Below, one piece after another: positions 26,392 through 35,347 of a stretch of 44,281 nt of DNA. Within the stretch, counting starts at the first letter, position 1. Every line of letters starts with the position of its first letter. The notes beneath the pieces were generated by a model. It saw only the letters and a list, made by a program, of their open reading frames with translations. It ran no database searches and was not told where the DNA came from. The stretch is from Escherichia phage UAE_MI-01. The stretch lies in the sequence record MW862804; one strand, written 5' to 3'. The position numbers and the translations under genes are program-made.

Positions 26392-26565
26392 ATGATTGAA
26401 GAAAAACGTTGCAGTAATTGCGGCTGCGTTAAACCGCTATCCCAGTTCCATAAATACACCGGGAAGACTGCGCGAAGCCCGGACGGGTATCGGGCAGAGT
26501 GCAAATCATGCCGCAATAAAAAAGAGCGCGAACGGCAGCGCCGCTACCGCGCAGAGCAAAAATAA
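26392..26565 (+). CDS. Small zinc-finger protein
   Basis: CSNCGC ... CKSC pairs followed by basic tail; GAGGA RBS. Confidence 0.45.
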   Translation: MIEEKRCSNCGCVKPLSQFHKYTGKTARSPDGYRAECKSCRNKKERERQRRYRAEQK

Positions 26566-26572
26566 TTAATAC

Positions 26573-26596
26573 GGCGGGCTTGTCCCGCCATTTTTG
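26573..26596 (+). terminator. Rho-independent terminator (stem contains a GTCCCGC heptamer)
   Basis: GGCGGGC-ttgt-CCCGCC followed by ATTTTT. Confidence 0.55.
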
Positions 26597-26608
26597 GGAG
26601 ACATGACG

Positions 26609-26827
26609 ATGAAAGAACATTACCGACTCACCAAGCTGGGCGAATGTAAACCGGGCGATCGCGTATGGCTTATTGCTGGCATTAATTCCCCGCTGCCGTT
26701 GACGGTGTGCTGGCAGAAGTTTAAGCGCTTCCGGGCCACCGGTGTCCATATCGGACACGCCACCAACTACGACGCCACAAAAAGGAACTGGAACAGTGAG
26801 ACAGAAGTCTGGAAAAAGGCGGAATAA
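26609..26827 (+). CDS. Hypothetical protein
   Basis: ATG 26609, GGGAG RBS 8 nt upstream. Confidence 0.4.
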   Translation: MKEHYRLTKLGECKPGDRVWLIAGINSPLPLTVCWQKFKRFRATGVHIGHATNYDATKRNWNSETEVWKKAE

Positions 26828-26831
26828 AGAA

Positions 26832-28256
26832 ATGGCAAGATTCCGACGTCGCGAATATCAGAAATTGATAACCGCGTTCATCCTCAAGCATAAGCGCTGC
26901 AATATATGGGCGACAATGGGGTCGGGTAAAACCGGCGCGACTATGTGGGCGCTGAATAAAATGTTCCAGACTGGCATCCTGTCCAGCCAGGAGGACCGCG
27001 TACTGGTGCTGGCCCCGCTTCGCGTTGCGTCGGGCACATGGCCCCCGGAGCAAGAAAAATGGCGCTTCCCCGCCCTGCTGGTAGTAGACGGCACCGGACC
27101 AGAGAAGGACCGCATCGCTGCGCTTGAGAGCGACGCTAACGTGGTTTGTGTTAACTATGATGTGGTTGAGTGGCTGGTTGACTATTGCGGCGACGAGTGG
27201 CCCTTTACGGTCGTTGTTGCCGATGAATCCACTAAGCTGAAAGGCTACCGCAGCAAGCAGGGCAGCAAGCGCGCCCGCGCCCTGGCCGCGATCGCGCATA
27301 AGCACGTCAAGCGCTGGATTAACCTGACCGGCACACCCGCGCCAAATGGCTTGAAAGACTTATGGGGTCAGACGTGGTTTGTCGACGGCGGCGAACGCCT
27401 CGGCAGTAGCTATAAGGCATTCACAGACCGCTGGTTTATTAGCAAGCCGGTTAAGCCTGGCAGCTTCACTATGCAGCACGCTCCGCTAAAGAACTCCGAG
27501 AAAGAGATACAACAACGTCTGTCAGATGTATCCCTCACCGTTGACGCGGCTGAATACTTCGGGTGCGACAAGCCAATCTATACGCCGGTTGTTGTGGACC
27601 TGCCGAAGAAAGCCCGCAAGATTTACGACCAGTTTGAAAGCGAGCTATTTGCCGAACTGGAAAGCGGGACAGTGGAAGCGGCGAACGCGGCATCGAAGAC
27701 AATTAAGTGCCTTCAGCTTGCTTCGGGGGCCGTGTATAAAGTCGACGAAGACGGCGAGCGCACCGATGAATGGGTGAAAATTCACGACGCAAAGCTGGAC
27801 GCGCTGGAAAGTATCGTGGAAGAGTTGAACGGTGCGCCGTTGCTCGTTGCGTATCAGTACAAGCATGACCTGGCACGTCTTAAGAAGAAATTTCCGCACG
27901 GCGTTGCGTTGGGTAAAGGAAAGCAGGGCAATAAGGATATGGAAGCATGGAACAGGGGCGAGATCCCCATCATGTTTGCACACCCGGCATCGGCGGGCCA
28001 CGGCCTTAACTTGCAGGACGGCGGTCATCACCTGGCAATCTTCTCCGACACCTGGAACTTTGAACACTTTTCGCAGATCGTCGAACGTATCGGGCCGGTT
28101 CGCCAGATGCAAGCCGGGCACCCTCGTCCGGTATTCGTCTACATTATCCAGGCGCGTGGCACACTTGACGAACTTGTCGCCGAGCGGCGCGACAGTAAGC
28201 GGGATATTCAGGACGACTTGATGGAATACATGAAAGCTAAAAAGGCGCGTAAATGA
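26832..28256 (+). CDS. SNF2/DEAD-box superfamily II helicase
   Basis: Walker A MGSGKTGAT, DEAD-like VVADESTKLK, C-terminal helicase domain; start chosen at MARFRR to avoid an 86-nt overlap. Confidence 0.8.
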   Translation: MARFRRREYQKLITAFILKHKRCNIWATMGSGKTGATMWALNKMFQTGILSSQEDRVLVLAPLRVASGTWPPEQEKWRFPALLVVDGTGPEKDRIAALESDANVVCVNYDVVEWLVDYCGDEWPFTVVVADESTKLKGYRSKQGSKRARALAAIAHKHVKRWINLTGTPAPNGLKDLWGQTWFVDGGERLGSSYKAFTDRWFISKPVKPGSFTMQHAPLKNSEKEIQQRLSDVSLTVDAAEYFGCDKPIYTPVVVDLPKKARKIYDQFESELFAELESGTVEAANAASKTIKCLQLASGAVYKVDEDGERTDEWVKIHDAKLDALESIVEELNGAPLLVAYQYKHDLARLKKKFPHGVALGKGKQGNKDMEAWNRGEIPIMFAHPASAGHGLNLQDGGHHLAIFSDTWNFEHFSQIVERIGPVRQMQAGHPRPVFVYIIQARGTLDELVAERRDSKRDIQDDLMEYMKAKKARK

Positions 28257-28948
28257 TTATCTGGTCATTGTTTGACGGCAGCGGCTTGATGATTGAGCGT
28301 GCTGCCGAGATGGGGCATAAGTGCTATTGCTTCAACTACTCCGAATCCGACCACGGGTCGTACCTGGACTACCGGATTTATGGTCGCGGGATCCGCTATC
28401 GCAATGCGTTTATTGATCTGGACTTTGTAGACCGCGCGATGAATGGCGATTTCGGTACGCCGGATATCATTTATGCGTTCCCACCGTGTACGGATCTGGC
28501 GGTGAGCGGTGCACCCGCTTTCCCGCGCAAGCGCGCCCGCGACCCCGCCTTTCAGCTTAAGGCGGTGCGCACCGCGAAGATCGCCGCTTACCTGGGTGAT
28601 TTCTTCGAAGTGCCATATATGATTGAGAATCCGCGCAGCGTGCTATCAACTCAATGGCGTAAGCCGGACCACTCGTTTGACCCGTGGGAGTATGGAGGAT
28701 ATCTTCCGGAGGATGACGTGCACCCGCTCTTCCCGGAATACATCAACGCCCGCGATTCATATCCGAAGCTGACCTGCTTATGGACTGGCAACGGCTTCCG
28801 TATGCCCGAGAAGAAACCTGTTTTCGTTGAAAAAGGGTACTCGAAGCAGTATAGTCGCCTCGGAGGCAAATCAGCCCGCACAAAATTAATCCGGTCGCTC
28901 ACCCCGCGCGGCTTCGCGATAGCGGTCAATGAGGAAAATTTAAAATGA
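28253..28948 (+). CDS. C5-cytosine methyltransferase-like protein with atypical motifs
   Basis: Motif I-like SLFDGSG, motif IV-like FPPCT (PCT instead of PCQ), motif VI-like IENP; only 231 aa; ATGA coupling. Confidence 0.45.
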   Translation: MIIWSLFDGSGLMIERAAEMGHKCYCFNYSESDHGSYLDYRIYGRGIRYRNAFIDLDFVDRAMNGDFGTPDIIYAFPPCTDLAVSGAPAFPRKRARDPAFQLKAVRTAKIAAYLGDFFEVPYMIENPRSVLSTQWRKPDHSFDPWEYGGYLPEDDVHPLFPEYINARDSYPKLTCLWTGNGFRMPEKKPVFVEKGYSKQYSRLGGKSARTKLIRSLTPRGFAIAVNEENLK

Positions 28949-29268
28949 ATACTACATTCGAGGCCATTGATTTTTCGGTTGCAATGACTAACCAGTTATT
29001 CTCCTACGACAGCAAGACCGGCGTCATTCGCCTGAAGTCCACCGGATGCAAGATCGGCAACCTTAACACTGCCGATGGCGGTACTCGTATCGAATGCAAC
29101 GGCAAGACGCTATCCGGCGCACGCGTGGCGTGGATTATTGAGACTGGCAATACAATCCCTCCAGGCTATGCCGTAGTGTGCCGTCAACGCACACCAGGCC
29201 ATTACGGCAACCGCATTAGTAACCTGTATCTGGTAGACGTTGCGCGCGACCCAAATTTTTATTCGTAA
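28945..29268 (+). CDS. Hypothetical protein
   Basis: ATGA coupling; 107 aa. Confidence 0.45.
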   Translation: MNTTFEAIDFSVAMTNQLFSYDSKTGVIRLKSTGCKIGNLNTADGGTRIECNGKTLSGARVAWIIETGNTIPPGYAVVCRQRTPGHYGNRISNLYLVDVARDPNFYS

Positions 29269-29349
29269 ATTGGTTGCATAACCGTATTGGTTGCATTATA
29301 TTGAGGGTGTCCGGTTTGGACGCCCTTTTTAATACCCGGAGACAGTGAT

Positions 29350-29592
29350 ATGAAATCATTATTTTTCGACTACGACGGCGACCTTCGATTTTGGGTGCTC
29401 CTCACCCTAATGATTGCCGTTTGTGTTTGCGTACCTGCCGCGGGTGTCTACTACTCGGAACGCTACGAATGCCGGACTGTGTACGCGGAGCAAACAGGTC
29501 GCAACACCCAATGGCGCTATGGTGTCTGCTGGGTAGAGATGGACGGCAAATATATTCCACGCGATGAAATCCGCACTACGGAGACTAAATAG
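29350..29592 (+). CDS. Small membrane protein
   Basis: GGAGA RBS; one hydrophobic segment; preceded by tandem TTGGTTGCA motifs. Confidence 0.45.
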   Translation: MKSLFFDYDGDLRFWVLLTLMIAVCVCVPAAGVYYSERYECRTVYAEQTGRNTQWRYGVCWVEMDGKYIPRDEIRTTETK

Positions 29593-30057
29593 ATGAAAAT
29601 TTTACAAGAAGAAAAAGCATACTGGGCCGCGCAATGCCTCGAAGCCCGTGAACAGGCCGAACGTGCGAACGCGTTGGCGGACACCAACCAGGCGCTATAT
29701 GAAGGAGAGAAGAAAGTGCGCCGGGAGTTAGAGGAGCGCTTCGAACTGCTATTCGAATTGATGGGGATTATGCAACGCACAGGATACACCACCAGCGTTG
29801 CGCTAAACCGCATTACTGCCGAAGGTCTGCGTGAACATTGCAAACGTGCGGAGGCGTATGTGCCTCCGAAGGGTCGCCAGTCTAAGATCGACAGGAAAGA
29901 CCTGGTGCTTATGGCGTGGCGCAACCCTACAAACGGCAGCTTTTACCCAGACGCGCGCCCGCTTAGTGCCGAGGAGACAAAGCGCGTGCAACGCATTCTC
30001 AAAACCGGCAATAAAATCGCCCTGTATGCGATAGACACCGACCATGCAGAAGAGTGA
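29593..30057 (+). CDS. Hypothetical protein
   Basis: 154 aa; start abuts upstream stop. Confidence 0.45.
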   Translation: MKILQEEKAYWAAQCLEAREQAERANALADTNQALYEGEKKVRRELEERFELLFELMGIMQRTGYTTSVALNRITAEGLREHCKRAEAYVPPKGRQSKIDRKDLVLMAWRNPTNGSFYPDARPLSAEETKRVQRILKTGNKIALYAIDTDHAEE

Positions 30058-30529
30058 GCAAAAAGATAGCTGGCGCACGCCGCCAGCTTTATTTAAACCG
30101 CTGCGCCGGAAATACCGATTCCGTTACGATATGGCGGCAAGCGACACCAACCATCTGCTACCACGTTACTTCACGGCGGAGCACAGCGCGCTTGATGCGG
30201 ACTGGGCAGAGTTGAAAGGGTGGAAGTGGTGCAACCCGCCGTATTCCGATCCGCTGCCGTGGGTTGAGTGCGCAGCGCACGGGCGCCGGACTGTCATGCT
30301 GCTAAATCAGGATACGTCAACGAAGTGGGCGAAGCTGGCCCGGAAGACCGCAAACCTGATAATTCTTCTGGACTGGCGTATCCGATTTATACACGCTGTG
30401 ACCGGTGAAGTCGGGCCGAGCAATAACAAGTGTCAGCAATTGATAATCTTTGACGAAGCGCCACCCATAGGCAGCGCACAAATTGAAATAATGAGCGAAG
30501 GAGAACTCCTTGAATATCTTAATAGTTGA
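30044..30529 (+). CDS. DNA N6-adenine methyltransferase (phage Dam family)
   Basis: WRTPP...F near N-terminus and NPPYS catalytic motif; about 160 aa as typical for this family. Confidence 0.7.
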   Translation: MQKSEQKDSWRTPPALFKPLRRKYRFRYDMAASDTNHLLPRYFTAEHSALDADWAELKGWKWCNPPYSDPLPWVECAAHGRRTVMLLNQDTSTKWAKLARKTANLIILLDWRIRFIHAVTGEVGPSNNKCQQLIIFDEAPPIGSAQIEIMSEGELLEYLNS

Positions 30530-30734
30530 CCGCGACCCCGCGGTCGTAGACCAAATGCAAAAAGACTATAACATTGACCCGCGCCGCGATCGTGTGCGTC
30601 GCGTGTCACGACCTGAGTACCTCCTGGGCATGGACCTTACTGGGTGGCTTGTCATTACCCGACGTTGCCATTTCGTGTGCAACTCTTTCACCGCGCGGAG
30701 CGCCCGATACACCCTTATTGAGGCATTGAAATGA
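30510..30734 (+). CDS. Hypothetical protein (TTG start)
   Basis: AAGGAG RBS 6-7 nt before TTG; stop overlaps next start (ATGA). Confidence 0.35.
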   Translation: MNILIVDRDPAVVDQMQKDYNIDPRRDRVRRVSRPEYLLGMDLTGWLVITRRCHFVCNSFTARSARYTLIEALK

Positions 30735-31201
30735 AACTACTGATTTGTGACCTGGATGGCGTTATTAACGGTTCAAGCGATGCGCGTGCCGACCTGGTGC
30801 CGGGGATAAAAACGAAATCCACCTTCTGGGCGAAGTGGCACAAAGCGCATATACGCGAAGATCTGAACATGGATATGCTGCCGCTGTTGCGCATGTATAA
30901 AGCGCAAGGCTTCGAGATCGCGTATCTGACAAACCGGCAGCGAGAATGTTGGGACACCACCGCCGAACAACTGGAAGTATTCCCGACAGGCCGGTTGTTT
31001 ATGCGCCACATGCTGGACGATACCCCGCCGCCAGAGTTTAAGGCGTGCGCCGTGTTCAAAATGGTCTGCTATGCGGACGTGTCGGAACTGGTCATCATTG
31101 AAGATTGCGAGAAGAACATCGCGGCAATTCGTCGGGCGTGCGGAGATTTGGTCCCGAAAATTTATGCGATAAACGTTGCAAAATTCACTTGCAACCAATA
31201 G
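30731..31201 (+). CDS. HAD-superfamily hydrolase (nucleotidase/phosphatase-like)
   Basis: N-terminal LICDLDGVI matches HAD motif I (DxDG). Confidence 0.55.
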   Translation: MKLLICDLDGVINGSSDARADLVPGIKTKSTFWAKWHKAHIREDLNMDMLPLLRMYKAQGFEIAYLTNRQRECWDTTAEQLEVFPTGRLFMRHMLDDTPPPEFKACAVFKMVCYADVSELVIIEDCEKNIAAIRRACGDLVPKIYAINVAKFTCNQ

Positions 31202-31264
31202 GTTGGTTGCACTATAGTAAACGTGTCGGGGGCAATACTGCCCCCTCACTAAAAGGGTAATACT

Positions 31265-31756
31265 GTGAAAGCATACGAATACTGCAAAAACGCCGCCACC
31301 ACTATGGAACAGCGCGGGAAAGAAAACGGCTATGACAACGCTAAAGAAGAACGCAGCGCTAAACAGATCGCCGCCGTGTTTAACGCGCTTACCGGTCGCG
31401 ACCTTACCGAGCAAGAAGCCTGGACCTTCCTGATCTGCCTGAAGCTGGTGCGCCAGCACCGTAAGCACCAGGAAGATAACATCGTGGATCTGGTCGCGTA
31501 TGCGGCCCTGCTGGGCGAATCTTACATGACCGTGCATGACGAGATCCAGATCGATACAACGGCAGCACAATTCGACAGCCTCAAAGGCGGGCATTCATCT
31601 GAGGGCAAGACGGTTAAAGCCGCTAATTTTGGCATCGCAGATCAGGACGTCCAGCCTATGGTCGTGCTCACCGGCGAAGACGGATCTAAAATCTGCATGA
31701 CGCAGGAAGATTTCCGTAACATGGAAAAAACACTGGTGACTGGCGCACTTAAATAA
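31265..31756 (+). CDS. Hypothetical protein (GTG start)
   Basis: AAGGG RBS; preceded by palindrome CAACCAA-tagg-TTGGTTG. Confidence 0.4.
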   Translation: MKAYEYCKNAATTMEQRGKENGYDNAKEERSAKQIAAVFNALTGRDLTEQEAWTFLICLKLVRQHRKHQEDNIVDLVAYAALLGESYMTVHDEIQIDTTAAQFDSLKGGHSSEGKTVKAANFGIADQDVQPMVVLTGEDGSKICMTQEDFRNMEKTLVTGALK

Positions 31757-31798
31757 TTCTAATCGCGGGCTTCGGCCCGCATCAATGAGGACCACACA

Positions 31799-32374
31799 AT
31801 GTACGGCGAATATGAAATATCGGGTAAACAATTCCACCTTGCGGCAATGATAGCAAGCATCGAGTTTGACCAGTGGCGATACAAGTCTGACGCGTGCAAG
31901 CAAAGCCGTCTGGTCGGTGTGCTGGGTGAGATGTTTGCGGGCATGTACCTCGAAGGGCAGGCGGGCGGGCGTAGCTGTATCCCGCAAGGTTTGCTAATGC
32001 GCACCGGCCTGTTTAGCGCTAACACTATCGACCGCGGCGATATTATCATGGTCGGCAAGCGCAAGGTAAAATCCGGTCCCGACTTCCGCGAACATGTGAT
32101 CGATGCCGTATGGACTTACGAGGTTAAAGCCACCAGCGGCATCCGTCGAGGACTGGTAGAGGCACGCTGCGCTCGCGAGTATCTTACCCGTCGCGTTGCC
32201 GGTGTTATCCTTGTGGGCGTAGATTTCGGGCAACATAGCGCGCACGGCGTGATCGAGGATATCGCGGAGCCATACGTGATAGTGAACGACTGGCCCCTGG
32301 TGGAAGTGGATGGTAAGGAATACTACGAAAGCCCGCTTGTGCGGCGCAAAATGGACTGGGAAAACTCAAACTAA
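31799..32374 (+). CDS. Hypothetical protein (possibly nuclease-like)
   Basis: 191 aa; D...EVK arrangement is weakly suggestive of a PD-(D/E)xK site; last gene before bidirectional terminator. Confidence 0.35.
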   Translation: MYGEYEISGKQFHLAAMIASIEFDQWRYKSDACKQSRLVGVLGEMFAGMYLEGQAGGRSCIPQGLLMRTGLFSANTIDRGDIIMVGKRKVKSGPDFREHVIDAVWTYEVKATSGIRRGLVEARCAREYLTRRVAGVILVGVDFGQHSAHGVIEDIAEPYVIVNDWPLVEVDGKEYYESPLVRRKMDWENSN

Positions 32375-32378
32375 AAAA

Positions 32379-32395
32379 GGGGGCCGCACGGCCCC
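32379..32395. terminator. Bidirectional terminator between replication module and tail fibre gene
   Basis: GGGGGCC-gcac-GGCCCC flanked by A6 and T-rich tract. Confidence 0.65.
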
Positions 32396-32401
32396 TTCTC
32401 C

Positions 32402-34018
32402 TTATTTACCTTCCAGCTTCTCCACTTTATGCAACAGGTGGACGAAGGCGGCACACAGATCCATCAACAGCACGTTACTATCCAAAGACAGCACATCGTC
32501 GGTATACCCGATCTCCTTGCGGTCGACTACAACCTCATTCCCTTCCTCGTCCACCCCCTTGACGTCCTCATAAATGGCGTAACCCGGCAGCAAATGCACG
32601 TATTCTGGGTCGATCCTTGCCAGGTCCTGCGCGATAAGGCCGTATCGCTGTACGTCCGACTCCTTATACTTGAACATTGCCGGAAGCCATTGGCGAACGC
32701 GGTTGTAGCTTTCCTCGCCGTCTGTGTATTGGATTTCTTTTTTAAGGTCGCGGTCCGATAGCGGCGCTTTCTGGAACTCGTTAACCGACGGGTTGCCGCT
32801 GTTACCGCTAATAAGCCTTTGGTCTGGCAAGAAGCGGAATAGCGCCTCAGTCACACCATTCTTCCACACATGGACGCGGTAGTCTGATACGTGTGTATCC
32901 CCACCCCTTACCAGGCCCGCGCGCGTCCAGTCCGCATACCACCTATACATCGTATGCCCAACCCAGCTATCAATCCCGTATAAAGCGTTTGACAGACTTA
33001 GCCCGTTAGCCTCTAGGGGCGCTAACTCTACTGAACTGCCGCCATTCAGGTGCAGCGCACCTAACTTAACTAAACTATCCTCGCCGACCCCAAGATTAGT
33101 GCGCGCAGCGGCTACAGTAGTCGCCCCTGTTCCGCCCTTGGTGATAGGCACTGTGTTCTCCGTAGCGACAGACCCCAAACCTAGATTTGAGCGTGCCGCC
33201 GATTGATCTGCTACGTCTGCCAGGTTCTGAGACGTCTTCATGAATTGCGTAGGGTCGATCGCGTTTTTGAAGTCTTCTGCTTCGTCCCGATACCCTTTCG
33301 CGGCATCTCTGGCGGCTTGCGCGTCAGTCTTCGCCGTATTGGCCTGGTCCCGAATAATGCCGGTATCCGTCCTGATCTGATTCGTCTGGTCCTTGATGGC
33401 TTGCGTATCGGCCTTAATCTGATTCGTCTGCGTCTTGATGGTGTTGGTGGCGTCGTGGATCGCCTGCGTATCGGCCTTGATTTGGTCGGTCTGCGTCTTG
33501 ATGGTATTGGCATCGTTCTTGAAGCCTTCGGCCTCATTGCGAAATCCTTGCGCGGCTGCTTCAGACGCGGCGGCTTGTTGTTGTAGGTTGCGCATCTCCA
33601 CCGGGTCGATCTGCTTCATTAGCTGCGACAGATATCCCCATGACATGCCCTGCATAACCTGCCCGTTAGGTAACGTCACTGTGATTTCTTCAGCGTCGCC
33701 AAAGATTGCACGCCAGTTGTTTTCGTCAGCGATCATCAAGCGCAACGCTTTTTGGGCCTGTACTGTTACGCCCATCGTTGCCAGAGACATGGTATCGCGC
33801 TTAACGCCATCCCACGCGAGGCCAGTTGCCGTGGGGCCGTCGAACGGCAGCACAAGCGTAAGCGCGGTGTCGCTTTCTATGGACGCGATTGCCACGGTGT
33901 ATGGGACTTGCCCTACCACCAACGTTAAGAAGTCGCCAGATGCAAACGCGGTAAACGTCGTGCCTACCCCGACAACCGCCTTGCTGTTATTCGTTACGGA
34001 TAGTGTACCCGCTGCCAT
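32402..34018 (-). CDS. Tail fibre protein with coiled-coil repeats and C-terminal intramolecular chaperone (peptidase S74-like) domain
   Basis: ATG 34018 with GAGGA RBS; repeated IKTQTDQIKADTQAI heptad-like units; C-terminal SDRDLKKEI ... GLIAQDL segment characteristic of auto-cleaving fibre chaperone domains. Confidence 0.65.
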   Translation of the reverse strand: MAAGTLSVTNNSKAVVGVGTTFTAFASGDFLTLVVGQVPYTVAIASIESDTALTLVLPFDGPTATGLAWDGVKRDTMSLATMGVTVQAQKALRLMIADENNWRAIFGDAEEITVTLPNGQVMQGMSWGYLSQLMKQIDPVEMRNLQQQAAASEAAAQGFRNEAEGFKNDANTIKTQTDQIKADTQAIHDATNTIKTQTNQIKADTQAIKDQTNQIRTDTGIIRDQANTAKTDAQAARDAAKGYRDEAEDFKNAIDPTQFMKTSQNLADVADQSAARSNLGLGSVATENTVPITKGGTGATTVAAARTNLGVGEDSLVKLGALHLNGGSSVELAPLEANGLSLSNALYGIDSWVGHTMYRWYADWTRAGLVRGGDTHVSDYRVHVWKNGVTEALFRFLPDQRLISGNSGNPSVNEFQKAPLSDRDLKKEIQYTDGEESYNRVRQWLPAMFKYKESDVQRYGLIAQDLARIDPEYVHLLPGYAIYEDVKGVDEEGNEVVVDRKEIGYTDDVLSLDSNVLLMDLCAAFVHLLHKVEKLEGK

Positions 34019-34098
34019 AGCTGAATCCTCATAAATTGGTTGCAATCCAGGTCGAGCGGTGTAATACTAAAACTCAACCAAATATAGGGGATGATACC

Positions 34099-34317
34099 AT
34101 GAAAACCTTAATTATGATTTGTGCGGTTCTTTTGTCCGGTTGCGCCAACATGCCGTCTAAAATCTGCGACGCGACATATGTTAATAGCGGCATGGAATAC
34201 TCGGTCCCGGTGTTCGGTGTTGCCGATTTTAGTGGGCATAAAATGCTGCGGGCGGGCTACCCGTTCAACTTCCGGTATGTTTCGGTAGACCACTTCAAAA
34301 GCACCACTTGCAAATAA
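34099..34317 (+). CDS. Small outer-membrane lipoprotein, Cor/Llp-like superinfection exclusion candidate
   Basis: Signal peptide with lipobox LLSGC; 72 aa; divergently oriented inside the tail fibre region; own RBS and terminator. Confidence 0.45.
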   Translation: MKTLIMICAVLLSGCANMPSKICDATYVNSGMEYSVPVFGVADFSGHKMLRAGYPFNFRYVSVDHFKSTTCK

Positions 34318-34333
34318 GCCCCAGAAGGGGCTT
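34318..34333. terminator. Bidirectional terminator
   Basis: AGCCCC-agaa-GGGGCT. Confidence 0.55.
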
Positions 34334-35005
34334 TCATATTCCATCCACGTTAATCGCTGTCAAAGCAACCCCAGTGTTTTGATACCCCGCGACGCTACCA
34401 GACCCCGCTTGTGTTGCCACGGCGTTAATCCGTGTTCCGCTTCCGTTGTCGTAAGCCCCTGCCCCCGCCGTGATCTGGATAATCTGCGGCTGCCCCTGTA
34501 CAAAGATCTGAATCAGAGTAGCGCCCATTAACATAGGTGATACCGCGTACTTACCTGGTAGCGTCTGGTCTATGTTAATCCCTCCGTTATTGCCGAAGCT
34601 GCCAACGGTGACTAAATCGGTGAGTACCTTGCTTTCGTTGGTTAGTATGCAAGTCCCGCTGGCGTCCCAAATAGCAAACCCCCATCTCGGCAGCGGTTGC
34701 GGGAATCGCGCGAATATGTACGCCGTGACGGTAAAATGTGGGTTATTCTGCCCCTGAATGCTTCCGCTAAATATAATCCGGTTACCTGATCGTGACGCCG
34801 CCAGGACGCAGCGGTTATTTGACCGCATAAACACCATCGCCGGATAGTTCGATGGGATATCCACGCCCCCGCTTGCGGTTTTATAATCAGCACCGGCGTC
34901 CACTGAATTTGCCGACACCTTAGCGTAGAGGACGAACGGCGTTGAGTTTGGCGTGACGAATGGGTTGCCGTTGTTGTTATCGATTAACGCGCCGAAGTTT
35001 GCCAT
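34334..35005 (-). CDS. Tail-associated protein (putative distal tail / fibre protein)
   Basis: 223 aa Gly/Asn/Ser-rich; downstream of J-like gene; GGAGAA RBS. Confidence 0.4.
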   Translation of the reverse strand: MANFGALIDNNNGNPFVTPNSTPFVLYAKVSANSVDAGADYKTASGGVDIPSNYPAMVFMRSNNRCVLAASRSGNRIIFSGSIQGQNNPHFTVTAYIFARFPQPLPRWGFAIWDASGTCILTNESKVLTDLVTVGSFGNNGGINIDQTLPGKYAVSPMLMGATLIQIFVQGQPQIIQITAGAGAYDNGSGTRINAVATQAGSGSVAGYQNTGVALTAINVDGI

Positions 35006-35007
35006 TT

Positions 35008-35310
35008 TTACGCTTTCTCCACAAAAACTACTACTTCACATTCTGACGCCGGGTAGTTTCCAATACCGACGCTGTTTGCCGCAGATACTGTTATCGTGTT
35101 CCCGCTGGCACGGATCGCCCGACCGACCGTAGTGCCGCCTACGTCCAGCGTAACCGCAAAACCTACTTTCATACCGGACGGGATATCGAACGACCACGCC
35201 CCCCATGTTTGACCTTGAGTCAGTTTAATAATTCCGACAACCGAGACAGGCTTGATCCCGTAGTTGTTTGGTCGCCCTTGCGCGTCCCATGTTGCGACAC
35301 CGAAAGCCAT
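35008..35310 (-). CDS. Small tail-associated protein (putative)
   Basis: ATG 35310 with GGAGG RBS after intergenic hairpin; synteny. Confidence 0.4.
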   Translation of the reverse strand: MAFGVATWDAQGRPNNYGIKPVSVVGIIKLTQGQTWGAWSFDIPSGMKVGFAVTLDVGGTTVGRAIRASGNTITVSAANSVGIGNYPASECEVVVFVEKA

Positions 35311-35347
35311 GCTATACCTCCAAAAGAAAGGGGCCGAAGCCCCTATG

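Noticed and set aside
26742-26831. Upstream extension of the SNF2 helicase ORF
   Set aside because: Would overlap the preceding gene by 86 nt in a different frame; an ATG at 26832 lies just after that gene's stop.
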